DNA from: an uncultured virus (IMG/VR IMGVR_UViG_3300025015_000444)
Lineage: Duplodnaviria; Heunggongvirae; Uroviricota; Caudoviricetes
Length of the DNA: 20,000 nt
Direction: 5' to 3' (one strand)
IMG/VR virus record: IMGVR_UViG_3300025015_000444
Shown here: one piece after another, positions 17,412-20,000 of the stretch
How the letters are laid out: each line of letters begins with the position of its first letter
How positions within the stretch are numbered: position 1 is the first letter of the stretch
Notes under the pieces: generated by a model
The model's input: only the letters and a program-made list of their open reading frames with translations
What the model was told of the DNA's origin: nothing
The model's database searches: none
Translations under genes and position numbers: made by a program

Positions 17412-17603
17412 ATGCCGGAGCAAACAGCGAAAGATTGGTTTGAGCTTAACCATGCCCAACTGAAGAAGGAGTACAACGGTCTTACCATCGCCATTCCCGT
17501 CGTAGCCCCCTTCAAAGTGGTTGCTTCTGGGTCAAACAGTATGAAGGTCACAAAAGCGGCCAAGGACGCGGGCTACCCCAACGTCGCCTTGTTCAAGCTC
17601 TAA
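17412..17603 (+). CDS. Small DUF5678-like protein
   Basis: WF..NHAQLKKEYNG..IAI....VVASG.......AAK..GY resembles DUF5678; GGAAGGA RBS. Confidence 0.6.
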   Translation: MPEQTAKDWFELNHAQLKKEYNGLTIAIPVVAPFKVVASGSNSMKVTKAAKDAGYPNVALFKL

Positions 17604-17647
17604 CCCAACCCTACTTTTGTCAGGCTTAGCCGGAACCCCTTCTGCGT

Positions 17648-17881
17648 AGCACTGATTGGATCGGGTGGACCCCCCCAACGGGAGAAACCAGATGCCCGCT
17701 CCAGATGGCTATGGCAAGCCGTTGTGTCGGGAACTGGTCCACAAAGACAGGGCTGGCAGGCTCCGGAGAGACTCTGGCCCAAAGAGAGACCATCCCTGGT
17801 GCCAACCAGGGATCTCGAAAACGCCCCGAGTCAAAAGAGAACCTCGGGGTACCCGGTCCACTCTTGTAACTCGTCGGTGCT
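17648..17881 (+). ncRNA. Candidate structured non-coding RNA or cis-regulatory leader (~235 nt)
   Basis: Closing helices 17648-56/17873-81 and 17663-71/17855-63 enclose several nested stems; immediately followed by a terminator. Confidence 0.5.
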
Positions 17882-17882
17882 T

Positions 17883-17939
17883 TGGACCCTCTTCTGGGAT
17901 CCCATAAGCAGTTTCCCAGAAGAGGGTCCACCTTTTTTT
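17883..17939 (+). terminator. Intrinsic terminator
   Basis: Perfect 17-bp stem TGGACCCTCTTCTGGGA (17883-99) / TCCCAGAAGAGGGTCCA (17914-30), then CC and T7. Confidence 0.8.
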
Positions 17940-18002
17940 AGGGTTTCGGGCTGCTTTCGGGTAGAGAGCCTTGGGGAAACACCCATTGAACAGGCTTTGC
18001 AA

Positions 18003-19463
18003 ATGAACACTCTCTACTACGGCGACAACCTGACTGTTCTTCGAGAACATTTGAAAGATGCTTCCGTGGATCTGGTCTATCTGGACCCCCCGTTCAATTC
18101 TGGACGGGATTACAATGCCTGCTTCAAGGGAACAGAAGCAGAGGGGCAAACGGCTCAAATCAAAGCATTCACGGATACCTGGTCCTGGGACACTGTGGCA
18201 GCCCGAGCCTATGATGCCACGGTGAAGATCGGGGACAAGGTATCGGACATCCTCAAAGCATTCAAGGTCGTCTTGGGGGAAGGGCAGATGCTTGCCTATC
18301 TGTCTATGATGGCTCCCCGGCTAGTCGAACTGCACCGGGTCATGAAAGACACTGCCAGCATCTACCTTCACTGTGACCCGACGGCTTCGCACTACCTGAA
18401 GATGCTCATGGACGTAGTGTTTGGGAGAGGGAACTTTCGGCGGGAGATCGTTTGGGCAAACAACACGGCATCTGGATTCAAAACCAAGACTAGAAACTGG
18501 GTGCGTGGACACGACATACTTCTCTACTACATGAAGGACGCGGAGCCTGTTTTTAACCAAGAATTTCTTCCCTATGATGATCGAACCATTCACAGATATG
18601 ATAAAAAGGATGAACAAGGAAGACCCTATAAGATATACCGCGAGGAAGGTAAAGAACGACGAGCGTATTTAGATCTTGCCAAAGGACGGCTTGTTTCTTC
18701 TGTCTGGGGGGACATTACAGATTTTCAAACTGTCAATAATACAGGGGAGCGTCTCGGTTATCCTACGCAGAAGCCTCTTGCCCTTCTCAAGCGGATCATC
18801 AGTGCCTCATCCAATCCCGGGGACACCATCCTCGATCCCTTCTGTGGTTGCGGCACGGCCATAGACGCAGCACAGGAGCTTGGACGCAAGTGGATCGGGA
18901 TTGATATCACGCATCTTGCTATAGGGGTTATCAAGAAGCGGCTGGCCGATGCCCATAGCCTCGAAACCAAGAAAGACTACACAGTGATTGGGGAACCCGC
19001 TGACCTGGCCGGAGCACAAGAACTTGCTAAGCAGGATCGGCATCAGTTTCAGACATGGGCACTCGGTCTAGTAGATGCACGAGAGACCTCTTCTCATAAA
19101 GGCGGGGACCGAGGGGTTGATGGAGTCAAGGTTTTTGACGACGGCAAGGTCAAGTGCCTGATATCCGTCAAATCGGGAACGATCAACCCAGGAGTTATTC
19201 GGGATCTTCGAGGGACCATGGATCGAGACAAGGCTCCTTTGGGGTTACTAATCACACTTGAGGAACCGAGTGGGGGCATGACCCGCGAAGCTCTGGCAGC
19301 AGGCTTCTGGGAACCTGACGATGTTACCGCAGTTCTGGATGATGCCAAAATCCCGTGCATCCAGATAGCAACCATTGAAGAGTTGCTGGCGGGTCAACAC
19401 CCCCAATGGTCAAATCTAGCGGATAACAGAACTTTCAAACGGGCAAAACGTCGCACAACCTAG
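18003..19463 (+). CDS. Site-specific adenine DNA methyltransferase (beta class, Mod-like) with a C-terminal Mrr-like PD-(D/E)xK-fold domain
   Basis: MNTLYYGDNL, VDLVYLDPPFNS, YPTQKP, LDPFCGCGT; the C-terminal part has GDRGVDG...ISVKSG. Start reassigned from 17724 to ATG 18003. Confidence 0.9.
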   Translation: MNTLYYGDNLTVLREHLKDASVDLVYLDPPFNSGRDYNACFKGTEAEGQTAQIKAFTDTWSWDTVAARAYDATVKIGDKVSDILKAFKVVLGEGQMLAYLSMMAPRLVELHRVMKDTASIYLHCDPTASHYLKMLMDVVFGRGNFRREIVWANNTASGFKTKTRNWVRGHDILLYYMKDAEPVFNQEFLPYDDRTIHRYDKKDEQGRPYKIYREEGKERRAYLDLAKGRLVSSVWGDITDFQTVNNTGERLGYPTQKPLALLKRIISASSNPGDTILDPFCGCGTAIDAAQELGRKWIGIDITHLAIGVIKKRLADAHSLETKKDYTVIGEPADLAGAQELAKQDRHQFQTWALGLVDARETSSHKGGDRGVDGVKVFDDGKVKCLISVKSGTINPGVIRDLRGTMDRDKAPLGLLITLEEPSGGMTREALAAGFWEPDDVTAVLDDAKIPCIQIATIEELLAGQHPQWSNLADNRTFKRAKRRTT

Positions 19464-20000
19464 ACCAGAAGCACAGCCGCCGTTAGCACCGTGGTCCAAT
19501 GCCCTTTCGCGTTGCCCTTGGCTGATTGCACAATAGACTTGGAGTCAACCATCTGCCCACTCATCTTGTAGGCTTCTTCCCGTTCATTCCATGCCAGATC
19601 CGGGTCCACTTCAATGCCTAATGTGGACCCCAACATCGTGGCGGCGAGATCCTCTGCGTAGTCTCCGGCTGCTCTGACTGTCAGACCATAGGCATGATGC
19701 TCTGAGATGTAGCCGTACCGCGTTACGTCCCGTGGTCGGGCCAACCCCACGGCTGCCGTCACAACCCGTCCTGGTTCATCTGTGTCGTTCCTGGACAATA
19801 CCACGTAGGTCACACGTCCAGGCGGGAGATGAGCAAGACCCTGTTTCCGGGTCAGGAGGCGACAATGAGGCGGGAAAATCGAGGAAACATAGACCAGATT
19901 CTGATGTTCGATTCCGGCATCCCGAAGGGCCATCTCAAAACTGGCCAGACGTTCCTTATGAACTCCCATCCCTTTGGTGAAGAAGGCTCCGGTTGGAACA
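19460..20000 (-). CDS. Pyruvoyl-dependent arginine decarboxylase (5'-truncated by the window edge)
   Basis: VPTGAFFTKGMGVHKERLASFEMALRDAGI..NLVYVSSIFPP (SS autocleavage site), YGYISEHH, WTTVLTAAV; the frame stays open to the window end. Confidence 0.88.
   Translation of the reverse strand, partial: VPTGAFFTKGMGVHKERLASFEMALRDAGIEHQNLVYVSSIFPPHCRLLTRKQGLAHLPPGRVTYVVLSRNDTDEPGRVVTAAVGLARPRDVTRYGYISEHHAYGLTVRAAGDYAEDLAATMLGSTLGIEVDPDLAWNEREEAYKMSGQMVDSKSIVQSAKGNAKGHWTTVLTAAVLLV

Noticed and set aside
17760..17815. SAM-I riboswitch-like words (GGAGAGAC..TGGCCC, GGTGCCAA, CCAG)
   Set aside because: The P3 5' strand (GGCAACC) and the P1 AUC/GAU elements are not in the right places, and GGTGCCAA sits in a different perfect hairpin. 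Not called without a covariance-model search.
17724..18002. 93-aa N-terminal extension of the MTase in the ORF track
   Set aside because: It runs through the structured region and terminator, and the family-typical start is MNTLYYGDNL at 18003.

Overview
This window looks like part of a large bacteriophage-type genome (inferred from gene content). Positions 1-12804 form a dense minus-strand gene run: metallophosphoesterase, SLOG protein, peptidoglycan-binding protein, SNF2 helicase, degenerate loader-like protein, DnaB-like helicase, MazG-like pyrophosphatase, FmdB zinc ribbon and a stand-alone CHC2 primase zinc finger. The plus strand carries a large UvrD-like helicase, a hypothetical protein, a small DUF5678-like protein, a structured non-coding region with a terminator, and a Mod-type DNA methyltransferase. 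A convergent pyruvoyl-dependent arginine decarboxylase ends the window. The most striking element is at 1515-5661, where a beta-class amino-DNA methyltransferase appears to be broken into separate, translationally coupled genes. One subunit has only the DPPY catalytic half. One has only the SAM-binding half plus a degenerate catalytic half. An array of paralogous stand-alone 'middle modules' (MIVLTLARKP...GRWPANLIL...RFFKQV; four complete, one truncated, one 14-aa remnant) shares a constant scaffold with hypervariable loops. All family assignments come from motif recognition by eye; no database search was run.
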